From Octopus sinensis (Eukaryota): a stretch of DNA of 64,000 nucleotides. The notes beneath the pieces are model-generated. The model was not told where the DNA came from, ran no database searches, and saw only the letters and a list, made by a program, of their open reading frames with translations. This document shows positions 50,770-62,937 of this stretch, one piece after another (the stretch's first letter is position 1; every line of letters starts with the position of its first letter). The stretch spans positions 31,992,001 to 32,056,000 of the forward strand of contig NC_043001.1 in NCBI RefSeq assembly GCF_006345805.1, read 5' to 3'. The position numbers were made by a program, and so were the translations under genes.

Positions 50770-51986
50770 CAGGGGTTGGATAAAATAATGGAAACACCTA
50801 GCATCATAGCATCATAATTTTAAAATATCTATAAAACCGTCAAAAGCTTGTATATTTTTATGTTTTTTGATTTATTATTAGTGTTGCTTAATATGTTTTG
50901 CTGATTCTTTTCAGATATCATCAGAAAAAGGTAATTAAAATTCATTAAAATGACAGATCTGTCGGACTTTCAAAGAGGTTAAATTGTTGGTGCACGTATG
51001 GCAGGCGCTAGCATAATGAAGACAGCCGAAATGTTTGTTGTATCAAGAAGTACTGTCTCGAAAGTAATGACAGCCTTTGAGAAAGAAGGAAAAACCTCCT
51101 CGTCGAAACAAAACCCCGGAAGAAAACCAAAACTTTCTGATAGGGACTGTCGGACTCTTACTCGAATTTTAGAGAAAGGATCACAAAAGTACAGCTCCCA
51201 AAATTACTGCAGAGATTAATGACCACCTCTAGAACCTAGTTTCCACAAAAAACTGTTCGCCAGGAGATGCACAAAGCTGGATTTCACAGGAGGGCTGCAA
51301 TCAGAAAAGCGTTTAGAGTTGAGTAAAAACCTACAGAATTGGTCCCTAGAGCTGTGGAACAATGTTATTTTCTCGGACAAGTCATCCTTTACCTTATTTC
51401 CGACCACCGGCCGAGTATACGTGTGGAAACAGCCAAAAGACGCATTTGACCCCGACTGCCTTCTTCCAACTGGTAAACATGGAGGAGGATCTGTGATGAT
51501 CGGTGGTTGTGGTGGTGGTGTGGTGGGGGGGCTATATCTTGGAAAACCACCGACCCAATGTCTTCCCTTCAAGTCAAGACTATTTAAGCATTTTATCCTA
51601 TGGTTGTGAAACTGTTTCCAGAGGGAAACGCAATCTTTCAGGATGATAATGCATCAATTCTCACAGCTAAAGTTGTTGTTGAATGGCAAAAGGAACTTTA
51701 TTGTGAAGTTGAATATCTCACCTGGCCACCACAGTCCCCAGATCTCAATATTATTGAACAGTTATGGTGCATTTTAGAAAAACAAGTAAGGAGTCGATTT
51801 CCTCCACCATCATCATTACAAGAACTGGAGACTGCTTTTGCAGAAGAATGGACAAAAATTCCTTTGGAAACAATTCAAACTTTGTACGAGACCATACCTC
51901 GTAGAATTCACGCTGTAATTACTGCCAAATGCGGTCCTACCCTATATTAAAATAAATTTGTTTGAAAATTTAAGGTGTTTCCATTA
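50770..51986 (+). mobile_element. Tc1/mariner transposon relic with DD36E spacing
   Basis: TA|CAGGGGTTGGATAAAATAATGGAAACACCT left TIR; partial right TIR AGGTGTTTCCATTA; transposase 50950-51950 with a stop and frameshifts; FQDDNA...WPPQSPDLNIIE has 36 residues between D and E. Confidence 0.9.
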
Positions 51987-52029
51987 CTACACATACATAC
52001 ATACATACATACATACATACATACATACA

Positions 52030-52059
<30 letters not shown>

Positions 52060-52060
<1 letters not shown>

Positions 52061-52236
52061 GTGTGTGTGTGTGTTCGATGGGCTTCTACCAGTTTCCGTC
52101 TCCCAAATCCACTCGCAAGGCTTAGGTCGCCCCGACGCTATAGCAGAAGACACTTCCCGACTGCCATGCAATGGGAATGAACCCGGAACCATATGATTAG
52201 GAAGTAAGCTTCTTACCACACAACCACACCTGCGCC
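52060..52236 (-). mobile_element. SINE family C, head half
   Basis: Matches the family C head. Confidence 0.8.
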
Positions 52237-52812
52237 GTATGAGGAGAAAAGTGAAGTAAAGAGTGGTGGGGAGAGAGAAGAGTAGAGAGAGAAAACGTGT
52301 GTTAATATGTGAATGAAGGAGGGAGAAGAGAGAGAGAGAGAAGAGTACTGAAGGAATGATAAAATATATACGATAGTTTGGAAAGAGTTTCTACTAATTT
52401 TGGGCGTATTTGAGAGTCTCATCTTCAATATCTGCTTTACGAACTTCTTAACTGACATTTAACAATATTTTTTAAAAGGGGGAACGTGAAGGCTGGGCGT
52501 GGCAGTTTGGCACGTCTGACGGTACATTCAGCTTGTTTCGGTGACGGTACTGTTTTTGCACTGGCGACAGACAGACTGGCAGATAGACAGACTGGCAGAT
52601 AGACAGACAGCCAGACACGCACTTACACGCACACACACACACACACATACACACAGACACACACACACATACACACGCTCGCTCGCCTGAAACACATGGC
52701 CGTCTGCGGGCGCAGAAGTATACGAACAGATAAAATTGGAAAGAAAAAGGGGGTAGAGAAAGATATTACACATACATACAAACGTATCTAGATGCTCGCG
52801 TACACATTGAGG

Positions 52813-52844
<32 letters not shown>

Positions 52845-53304
52845 AAGAAGGAGAGGGAGAAGGAAAGAGAGATGGAAAGAATGCATCAAGCATTAAACGT
52901 TTGATGTCAAACAAGTCAGCGTCGAATCGGAGGTGCCAAAACGGCTATACCAAAACGTCTCAGGCTCTTCATAGGGACAGTAGTGAGAAAAGAAAAAAAA
53001 AACGCGAAGAACATTCTTTAAAATATTAACAATGAATGAAAAGCAAAATGTGGGACAGACCAAAGAAAGACAGGATAATCAAATGTAGTAACGGATTTAA
53101 CTATGTAGAGTTAGAAAAGTAAAAGGTGCGACTGTCCAAAGAGAGGATAATCAAATGAAGTAACGGCTTGAGCTGTATAGAGCTAGAAAAGGAGATATCT
53201 TTAAATGTTGAAAGAAAATATATCTCAAAGCACCGAGGTTATATTTTTACAGCTGGATTACGAATATTTTATAAAGGAATTCAAATGCATAGTAATATTT
53301 TCTT

Positions 53305-53497
53305 TTTTTCTGTTATTTGACTGCGGCCATACTGGAACACCTCCTTCAAGGGATTTAGTCGAAGAAATTGACCCTCAGGACTTATACTTTTGTAAGCCTA
53401 GTACTCATTCTGTCGGTCCCCTTTGCCGAACCGCAAACACACCAACATCGGTTTTCAAGAGAAGAGTAGAGGGACTAACACAGAAACACACACACAC

Positions 53498-53563
<66 letters not shown>

Positions 53564-53690
53564 GACAGTCTTCTTTCAGCTTCAGTCTACCGAATCCACT
53601 CACAAGGCTTTGTTCGGCCCTAGGCTATAGTAGAAGACACTTGCCCGAGGTGCCTGCCACGGAGTGGAACTGAACCCGTAACCATATTGA
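53305..53690 (-). mobile_element. SINE family C
   Basis: Matches the other family C copies. Confidence 0.85.
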
Positions 53691-53844
53691 TAAGTTTAGT
53701 ACAGTATAGTGAATAACAGTATTTATAAAAACTTTAATAAGATTTTGTTCTGTAATTTTAATTTTAACCAGGTACAAATAGTACAAATAATTTTAACCAG
53801 GTACAAATAAAGAAACGCAAGCTCAAAAAATATATATTAGTAAC

Positions 53845-54012
53845 CATTCATTATGAAGCTGCCGGACGAGATGGTGAAGATGCCGACAACTGCTCGGTTC
53901 AAAGCCTGAACTCTTTACATGAACACCACCCTGTACATAACTCCATGTCCCCCTACATGGCCTTGCTTTTTTGCTTTTTGAGCCAAAAAATTAACTAACT
54001 AACTAACTAACT
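53845..54012 (+). mobile_element. CR1-like 3' terminal fragment with an (AACT)n tail
   Basis: KLPDEMVKMPTTARFKA resembles the WNxLPxxVVxAxSxxxFK end motif. Confidence 0.4.
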
Positions 54013-54358
54013 AAGAAGAAATTTTCGGATACTAAAAAAAGATAAACAAAATGTGGAAGGTGATAACAGAAATTTGTCACCGAATATGAACTGGCATTTG
54101 TTAAATGTGTAACTGACTAGAAAGTAGGAATTTTTCAATAAAAAATTCCCCACGATTGGCACATAATAAAATGAACGAATAATTGCAACAAATGTCAATA
54201 AAAGTGTTGCAAAAAGAAATAACTGTTATATACTGAACGTAAATATATCTTAAAAAAGGAGATCGTTTTTGACGTCCAAGTGGATGTATGGAAAGAAAAA
54301 AAATGTCTAACAGTGTAGTTGTGTATCTGTCAAAGGTAAAAGAAGAAAGCTGATACTA

Positions 54359-54770
54359 GGATCTTTTCGGTTTGAACGGCAGTTTTTTCTAGCGGTGTCA
54401 TATGAAATTGTCACCCATAATTATGACCCTAGTATCGATCTATTGCATTTCAATGTTTTAGGGTTAGGGTTAGGGGTGGGGGAAGGGTATCTTTTTTATT
54501 CAGAAATGTAAATAAACCCAGTCTGTTTCTTAAATGAGGGACATATTCATACGGCACAGAATGTTTTCACCTCAATAGACGTCATTGATTGGTTGAAATT
54601 GCAGAAATTGAAGAAAAAAACAACAGCTATCTTACAAACTATAGGATTTTCTCAATAAAGCCAAGAGAAAAAGTTGTTTTATAAACACATTCTACCAGTA
54701 TACGAAGTTTAAAAGTGTTTAGTTACGTGGAAATTATTTTAAAAAACTGCCGGTCAAACCGAAAAGATAC
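54359..54770. mobile_element. MITE with ~30-bp TIRs and TA flanks
   Basis: G(G/T)ATCTTTTCGGTTTGA(A/C)CGGCAGTTTTTT at both ends, inverted; internal (TTAGGG)3. Confidence 0.85.
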
Positions 54771-54799
54771 TAATACTATATTTTGTTTCACTTATTTTA

Positions 54800-55185
54800 A
54801 ATTTTTACTTGTTTCAGTCATTGGACAGCGACCAAGCTAGGGCACCACTTTAAAGTGTTTAGTCAAACAAATCGACTTTATTTTAAAGTCCGGTGCATAG
54901 TCTGTTTGTCTCTTGCCGAACAAGTAAGCTACAGGGACATAAAAAACCCCAGCACCGGTTGTAAAGCGGTGGTGTGGGTGTCAAACACAAGTACATAAAT
55001 ATTTACATTTACGATGGACTTCCACACAGTTTCCGTTCATCAAACCGACCAATGCTCAAAAGACATCGGCCGGTCCGTGGCTATAATAAAAAAAAAAAAC
55101 ATTTGCCAAAGGTGTAGCGCAGTGAGATTGAACCTAAACCACAAGAGTGCAAAGCGGGCTTCTTAACCACACAAACAAGCATGTG
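54800..55185 (-). mobile_element. SINE family C, diverged
   Basis: Recognisable tail and head. Confidence 0.65.
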
Positions 55186-55511
55186 CCTTCGTTTTACGAC
55201 CGGGTAATGAATATTTTAGACTTGAATTAAAACACATGAGGTGGTATACACTGTTACCCCAAAGCAGAGCCCTTATGCGTGCGCTCACGTACTTTTCCTT
55301 ATCATAAGCAATTAGGAAAGGCAAAAATTCGCACAAAGACTATCAAGGTGAAATAGGATGCTTTAATTAACTTGTTCCTAAACTGGACAATATTGAACCC
55401 TTGGGCTCGGTCGAAATATACTGGGGTCGTGAGAGAAAATATGAGCGATAGTGGGGTGGCCAAAAGGTGGGTGATGGATGTAAAAAAACCCAAATTAATC
55501 AGTTAATTAGT

Positions 55512-55895
55512 CTTTTACTCTTTTACTTGTGCCAGTCATTTGACTGCGGCCATGCTGGAGCACCGCCTTTAGACGAGCAAATCGACCCCAGGACTTATTC
55601 TTTGGAAGCCTAGTGCTTATTCTATCTTTTACCGAACCGCTAAGTGACGGGGACGTGAACGCACCACCATCGGTTGTCAAGCGATGTTGGGGGTACAAAT
55701 ACACACACACAAACATATACTCACACATACATACACGGGATTCTTTCAGTTTCCGTCTACCAAATCCACTCACAAGGCTTTGTTCGACCCGAGGCTATAG
55801 TAGAAGACACTGGCCCAAGAGGCCACGCACTGGGAGTGAAATCGGAACCATGTGGTTGGTAAGCAAGCTACTTACCACACAGCTACTCCTGCGCC
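55512..55895 (-). mobile_element. SINE family C, full length
   Basis: Matches the other family C copies. Confidence 0.9.
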
Positions 55896-56199
55896 TAATT
55901 AGGGTATGTTTTATTTGTGAAGTGCAGTTGTTTTGAACTTGATGCAGCAAGTGGTGTACGTTTGTGGTGGAGAGTGGAGGGGGAGCACTAGGAATGTGAC
56001 CCGGGTGCCAAGGGGTCGGTAGCCTGAATACGTTTAGGAACCATTGATTTAAATGAGGTAATCTGAGTGATGATCACTCATTCAGGTACACATATTTTGC
56101 AAGGGAAGACGAAATTAGCAGGCAATGCAGATAGTGCAACCAAAGACAACAGTAGAACAACGCATCATCGTTCTTGGCGATTCTTTCATTCTTTTATTC

Positions 56200-56785
56200 T
56201 TTTATTCTTTTACTTGCTTCAGTCATTTGATTGCAGCCATGCTGGAGCACCTCCTTTTAGTCGAAAAAATCGACTCCAAGACTTAGTCTTTGTAAGCCTG
56301 GTACTTATGCTATCGGTCTCCTTTGCCCATCCACTAATTTGCGAGGACATAAACACACTAACATCGGTTGTCAAAAGATGGTGTTGGGGGAGACAAACAG
56401 ACACAAATCCGCGCACACACGCACACACTCTCACACACACACACACACACGCACACGCACACACATATATACGACGGGTTTCTTTCCCTCCTCCTCTCTT
56501 TCCCCACTCTCTCTCACAGCAAGTGAAACTCTTTCTCTGTCCCTCTCTCTATCTCTCACTGTAATACACTTTTTTATTCTTTCACTTGTTTCAGTCATTT
56601 CGACTGCAGCCATGCTTGAGCACCGCCTGAAATGTTTTAGTTGACGCACCGCAGAACCGATTCTTGTAAGCCTAGTACTTTTTCTATCGATCTATTTTGC
56701 CGAACCGCTAGTGACGGGGGACAAAGGTACGCAAAAGACACACACACAGATATACACACACGCGCGCGCGCACACATAAATATAG
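56200..56785 (-). mobile_element. Two SINE family C tail halves
   Basis: Tails at ~56200-56478 and ~56577-56785. Confidence 0.8.
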
Positions 56786-56789
56786 ATAT

Positions 56790-57663
56790 ATATGAACTGT
56801 CGTCTAACTTACGCAAGAATAAAAATAACACTGTCATCTCATTTTAACTGATATATTTACCAAAATAACATAAAAATATCTGGAAATACTAAAGAGTAAA
56901 TTTATTCAATAAAATCGCCATTCGCTTCAACCACGGCCTCCAGACAATTTTGGAATCTCATGCAACTCTTCTGGACGGTCTCCTTGTTTACGTTAGTGAA
57001 TGCTGCTATAATCCTTGTTTCAGTTTATCGTTGGTGTTACAAGGAATTTTGTTGTTCTCTGACGCAACTGCAACCCCACATAATAATCAAAGGGGTTGCA
57101 TTCTAGGTAGTTAGGTGACCAGATGTTAGGGGTGATGTGGTCGCAGAAATTGACTGACAACCATGCCTGGGTTCTCCTGCTTGTGTGACATGGTGCAGAG
57201 TCCTGTTTTCAGACACAAGGTCTTTCAGCAGCCACCCTCTTGACCCAAGGCAGCACTACTTTTTCCAAGCACTTGAAGTAGGCCTCTATGTTGAGTCTGA
57301 GGCCGTGTGGGAAGATGAATTGAGGTATGACGTTGCCAGCATTAGTGATCGCTCCAAACACCATGATGTTGACTGGATGTTTGATTTTTATCGCTCTCGG
57401 TACATGTCCCCAGATTGCACCGTCCCGAGACTGACAACCAAACGCACAGAAATGTTCCTATTGGAGATTCCAGCGTGAATGGCAAGCAGTACAGCATGGC
57501 ATTTCCAAATTTCTGGCAGAGCGAATTACGTTATGGTGCTACTTTTCTCACAGTTGGTGCCCAACTGATCCTACCATACTGTGTACTCGACAAAATCAAA
57601 AACAAACAATACGCATGCACGAAATAAAAAAATTAAAAATGACAATTTACTCATCGCACTCTA
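56790..57663 (-). mobile_element. Internally deleted maT-type (DD37D) mariner-like transposon
   Basis: KHPVNIMVFGAIT...KVVLPW...QDSAPCHTSRRTQAWL...IWSPNYLECNPFDY; 37 residues between the last two aspartates. Confidence 0.8.
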
Positions 57664-57715
57664 TATATATACATATACATACATACATATATGCATATAT
57701 ACATACATATATGCA

Positions 57716-57747
<32 letters not shown>

Positions 57748-57909
57748 AATATATATGTATATAATAAAAAATAAGCAACAAGAATGAATCCGGTAATTTA
57801 GTACAATTGTTTCATACTACAACATTTTATTAAAAGCTGTAAATATTACAGCAGATTTAAGATGCCGAGTAATCTTCAGCTAATTTTATATAGGTATATA
57901 TGTATATAT

Positions 57910-58212
57910 ACACATAAAATTGTAATTGTATTTATAATTCTCACCTCAAAAGGTATTTTTCAAATGCTGCTCACTGATTAAATATAAAAAAGATGGTATA
58001 CTTTTCTTAGTTATATATCCATCCATCCATCCATTCATACACACACATATATATATATAGCCTTATAATTATATAAATACATATATATGTATATATGTGT
58101 TTATTTATATATATAACTAAGAAAAGAATAACGTTTTTTTATTTAATCAGTGACCAGCATAAGAAAAATACCTTTTGAGGTCAAAATTATAATACACATT
58201 ATAATTTTGTGT
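57910..58212. repeat. Fold-back element, ~105-bp inverted arms
   Basis: 57910-58018 is the reverse complement of 58108-58212 (ATTTAATCAGTGA.CAGCAT...AAAATACCTTTTGAGGT). Confidence 0.8.
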
Positions 58213-58271
58213 GTGTGTATATATATATATATATATTATATATAATATATATATATATATAGATATATATA

Positions 58272-58316
<45 letters not shown>

Positions 58317-58375
58317 TATTATACATATATGCATGTATGTGTATACATGTATATTCATGTACATATTTGTATATG

Positions 58376-58424
<49 letters not shown>

Positions 58425-58448
58425 TGTGTGAATGAATCTCTATATGCA

Positions 58449-58491
<43 letters not shown>

Positions 58492-58965
58492 TATATATAT
58501 ATAGATAGAAAGATAAATTGATGGATATATATAATTAAATAGATAGATTGATAGACAGATACAGACAGTCGTACAAACACACACACACACGCACATATCT
58601 GTGTATCTATATGTTTTACTTGCTATATTCATAGATAAGTGCGTGCGTGTGCGCGTGTATATATATATGTATGAACATGTGTATTAAGCGAGAAATGGCT
58701 CCTATAGATCTACCGTTGGTATGTTCTTTGAATATTGGTTACTCTCCGTTGATTTCTTGGACGCAAAAAGAAAAGCAATTCTGTAAGAGTTCCCTTACCA
58801 TTAAATAAATATTATGCCCTCAGTTATGGTCACTTCTATTTTGTTGCCGGAGACCTAGATTCACTTACATACATACGAATATATATACATAGTTATATAT
58901 GTAATATATATATATATTTATATATAATTATATACATATACATACACACACACACACACACATAT

Positions 58966-59013
<48 letters not shown>

Positions 59014-59235
59014 AAAAAGTCAAGGTAAAAAATGCTAAAATAATTTTAAAAAACATTTCAGTACCGGTTCAGTCATTGAATCTTATTCAACTGTAACAAT
59101 TAATAATAAAATTTAGAAAAATTAAAAGAAAAGTTTTTTTAAAAGAATATTGTATAGTGTTCAAATACAAGTGGCATTTTCCTTGTTTCCGCCTGTCTCT
59201 GTCTCTCTTGTTTACTCTTGTGGGTTCAAGGTCGT

Positions 59236-59276
<41 letters not shown>

Positions 59277-59324
59277 TGAATGTATTTTTACCTTGATTAC
59301 ACCAGCGTTAACTCCATTTATTTA

Positions 59325-59358
<34 letters not shown>

Positions 59359-59543
59359 TATATATATATATTTAACAGGCGCACACACTCATTCATACAC
59401 AGAAACACACACACACACACAGATACATACACATATGTGTTTTTCTAAGCCCTATAAAGAAGCCCGGAAGGTTGGGCACCCATCCAGGCCTTTCACGATA
59501 CCCTTCAAACTAGACTTTTCTGTATCCCTTCGAGTATATATAA

Positions 59544-59580
<37 letters not shown>

Positions 59581-59699
59581 AGATAGTTATATATGTATAT
59601 ATATACATATATAACTATCTATCAATATATATAGACATAAAGACACACACACGGTAATGCTCACACACACACACACAAAATATATATATATATATATAT

Positions 59700-59867
59700 A
59701 TATACGATGGGCTTCTTTCAGTTTCCGTCTACCAAATCCACTCACAAGGCTTTGGTCGGCCCGAGGCTATAGTAGAAGACACTTGCCCAAGTTGCCATGC
59801 AGTTGGGCTGAAGCCGGACCCATGTGATTGGTAAGCAAGCTACTTACCACATAGCCGCTCCTACGCC
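59700..59867 (-). mobile_element. SINE family C, head half
   Basis: Matches the family C head. Confidence 0.9.
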
Positions 59868-59919
59868 TATATATAAATATATATACTTTATTTAAAAGTA
59901 GCAGAAATTCAACAAGACC

Positions 59920-59955
59920 TGTTACTCGGAGTTTCAGGTTCCCGTTCGTCGGACA
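59920..59955 (-). ncRNA. Minimal hammerhead motif with a CCGACGA core
   Basis: Minus strand: TGT CCGACGA acggg-aa-cct GAAA CTC-C-GAG TA ACA. Confidence 0.5.
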
Positions 59956-59959
59956 TTTA

Positions 59960-60041
59960 TGTGTTTACTCCGGTATAAATATATATATATAGATGTATAT
60001 AAACATATACATATACATATGTATATTATACATACACTCAC

Positions 60042-60073
<32 letters not shown>

Positions 60074-60087
60074 GTTTATATATATAT

Positions 60088-60134
<47 letters not shown>

Positions 60135-60403
60135 CATATATGCATATATACATATACGTATATATGTGTGCGTATACATATATATATATATATATGTGTA
60201 TACATATATATATATACATATATATATGTATATTTATATGAAGAATACAAAACATGAGACATTCTTTAACTGTGTAAAAGATATTTATTTACAGTTTCTT
60301 TTGTTTTCTGCATTCCTACCTACCTACCTACCTACCTACCTACCTACATACATACATACACATGCATACATACGTACATGCACACAGACAGACAGATACA
60401 CAC

Positions 60404-60455
<52 letters not shown>

Positions 60456-60566
60456 TGTACATATACATATGTATACACACACACATATATATATATATAT
60501 ATTTATACATACATACATACATACATACATGCTACATACACATACATACATACATACATACATACA

Positions 60567-60602
<36 letters not shown>

Positions 60603-60620
60603 TATATACGTATGTGTGTT
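59960..60620. repeat. (TA)n/(CATA)n microsatellite field
   Basis: Direct reading; similar fields at 58210-58660 and 61850-62310. Confidence 0.95.
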
Positions 60621-60708
60621 TGTGAGGGGGTAGTATTGTATGGGTCTGTATGTGTTTGAGTAACATTTTTTTTTTAATCTACAAACTATCTATCTGGCGA
60701 CGTCTTAC

Positions 60709-60841
60709 CTTGATTTTCATCTGTTGCTAACTGAGGCTAATATCGCGATTGGAAGAAGGACAGAAGAACTGGGATACACAGTCTGTTTATGAATTTAACC
60801 AACATATTGCGTATTAAGCGACCCGGATGGCGACATTAGTT
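60709..60841 (-). other. Candidate 133-nt exon (5' UTR, possibly ending in ATG AAA ATC AAG)
   Basis: Acceptor cgcag|A and strong donor AAG|gtaaga in unique sequence; all three frames are closed before a terminal MKIK. Confidence 0.25.
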
Positions 60842-60878
60842 CTGCGTTTTAAGAATTCAAGCTAAAAAATATCTTAGT

Positions 60879-60929
<51 letters not shown>

Positions 60930-60950
60930 CCCTCTGTATATCTAGGTATA

Positions 60951-60995
<45 letters not shown>

Positions 60996-61853
60996 CTATA
61001 TCTATCTATCTATCTATCTATCTATTTATCTATTCATCCATCCATCCATCCGTCCGTCCATCCGTCCGTCTAATCGTGTCCGTCCTGCTGTCTGACGTCC
61101 ATGTCAATGTCTTCCATCCATCCATCCATCCATCCATCCATCCATCCATCCATCCATCCATTTATCTATCTATCTATCTATCATCTATCTATCTATCTAT
61201 CTATCTATCTATATCTATCTATCTATCTATCTATCTATCTACCTTTATACTATGTGTTTATATTACAAACTATTAAAATGTTCAGGTCCTTGATACTGAA
61301 TATATAACACCTTACAGGCGCACACATATACATACACACATACAAGCACACAAGTCTCTCTCTCATACACACACACACACCTATATATATATATATATAT
61401 GTGCTCTCATGCGCACATGCATACACACACGTACACATATACGCACTCACACATACCCAAACAAACACAAATAGCGCGCACGCACGCTTAAGTATACATG
61501 CACTTGCAAGTGTCTAGATTTTTGATTTTCAAAATATTTTAGCCGGACCAGCGTTTCACATAAGAAGAGCCAGGACAGTAAAGAACAAAACATTTACAGA
61601 AAAAAAAGAAAAAAAAACAAAAGGCAATAACGACAAAAGAAAACAAAAAAAAAATAACGACAGAACCAATAACATCATATGGAAACAGAACTACTGCGTT
61701 AGTATCGATTAGCTATCACTCTCAATCATACACAAACATACGCACACAAAAAAAAAAAACGTATACACATACAATATTTAAAAAAAAATAAAACGTAGTA
61801 AGGCGGCTTTGATGTTATAGATTTTGCTAGTAATGGTTAAGGATTCCAATACA

Positions 61854-61898
<45 letters not shown>

Positions 61899-62097
61899 GC
61901 ATACATATATACATATATATATGTTTATATATATTGTGTGTGTGTGTATATATATATAATATGTATATATATATATAATATATATATATGTAAGTATATA
62001 TATGTATATATATATGTATATATATATATTATGTATATGAATATGTATATAAATATATGTATATGTACATATATATATATATCTATATATTTGTAAT

Positions 62098-62143
<46 letters not shown>

Positions 62144-62762
62144 CATATATATATAGTAAGTTATATATGTATATATAATAATGTATATTTGTATATATAT
62201 ATATATGTACATATATATATTTATATATTATATTATATATATATATATAATATATACTACACACTATATGTATACAAACACACATAGACATATACATATA
62301 TATTGGATATAAATAGAAATCATAGAACGTAGTATACCCGATTCTTTTTCTTTTTTTTTTTTCATCTTTCCTCCAAATTACAGCAAGCCTTTACAGAAAA
62401 GGCATCTTATTACATTATTAAGTAATGATTTTAAACGTTGACGTTTTTGTCGATGCCACAAAATACACGAAGCAACTGTTGAACATAAGAAACATCACCG
62501 AATTTGGATTCGAGATCCTTAGATTGAAGGAAGAAAAAGGAAATGAAAATATCGATGCATTCACTTAATGTTGTAGCATATCTGTTAACTTTTACCATTT
62601 GCATGTTTCAGTTATTGGATTGCGGCCATGCTAGGGACCTCCTCGAATGGTTCCTCAACCATTTCTTTTTCTTTACCTATCAACCACTTTGGTTTCTATT
62701 TCACTCGGGTGGACCCTCATAGCCATTTGATTTGATGGTTAGAAAAACCATATATTCTTAAT

Positions 62763-62937
62763 CATAGGAGTGGCTGTGTGGTATGTAGCTTGCTTACCAA
62801 CCACACGGTTCCGGGTTCAGTCCCACTGCGTGGCACCTTGTGCAAGTGTTTTCTACTATAGCCTCGGGCCGACCAAAGCCTTGTAAGTGGATTTGGGAGA
62901 CGGAAACTGAAAGAATCCCGTCGTATATATGTATATA
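62763..62937 (+). mobile_element. SINE family C, head half
   Basis: Head up to the internal TA tract, where a Tc1 element begins. Confidence 0.9.

Noticed and set aside
54458-54475. TTAGGG repeats as a telomere or fusion relic
   Set aside because: Only three units, and they are internal to a MITE.
59059-59093. Hammerhead-shaped motif CAG TTGAATA...GAA CCGG TA CTG
   Set aside because: The topology fits but at least three core positions deviate; probably a decayed Penelope-type repeat end.
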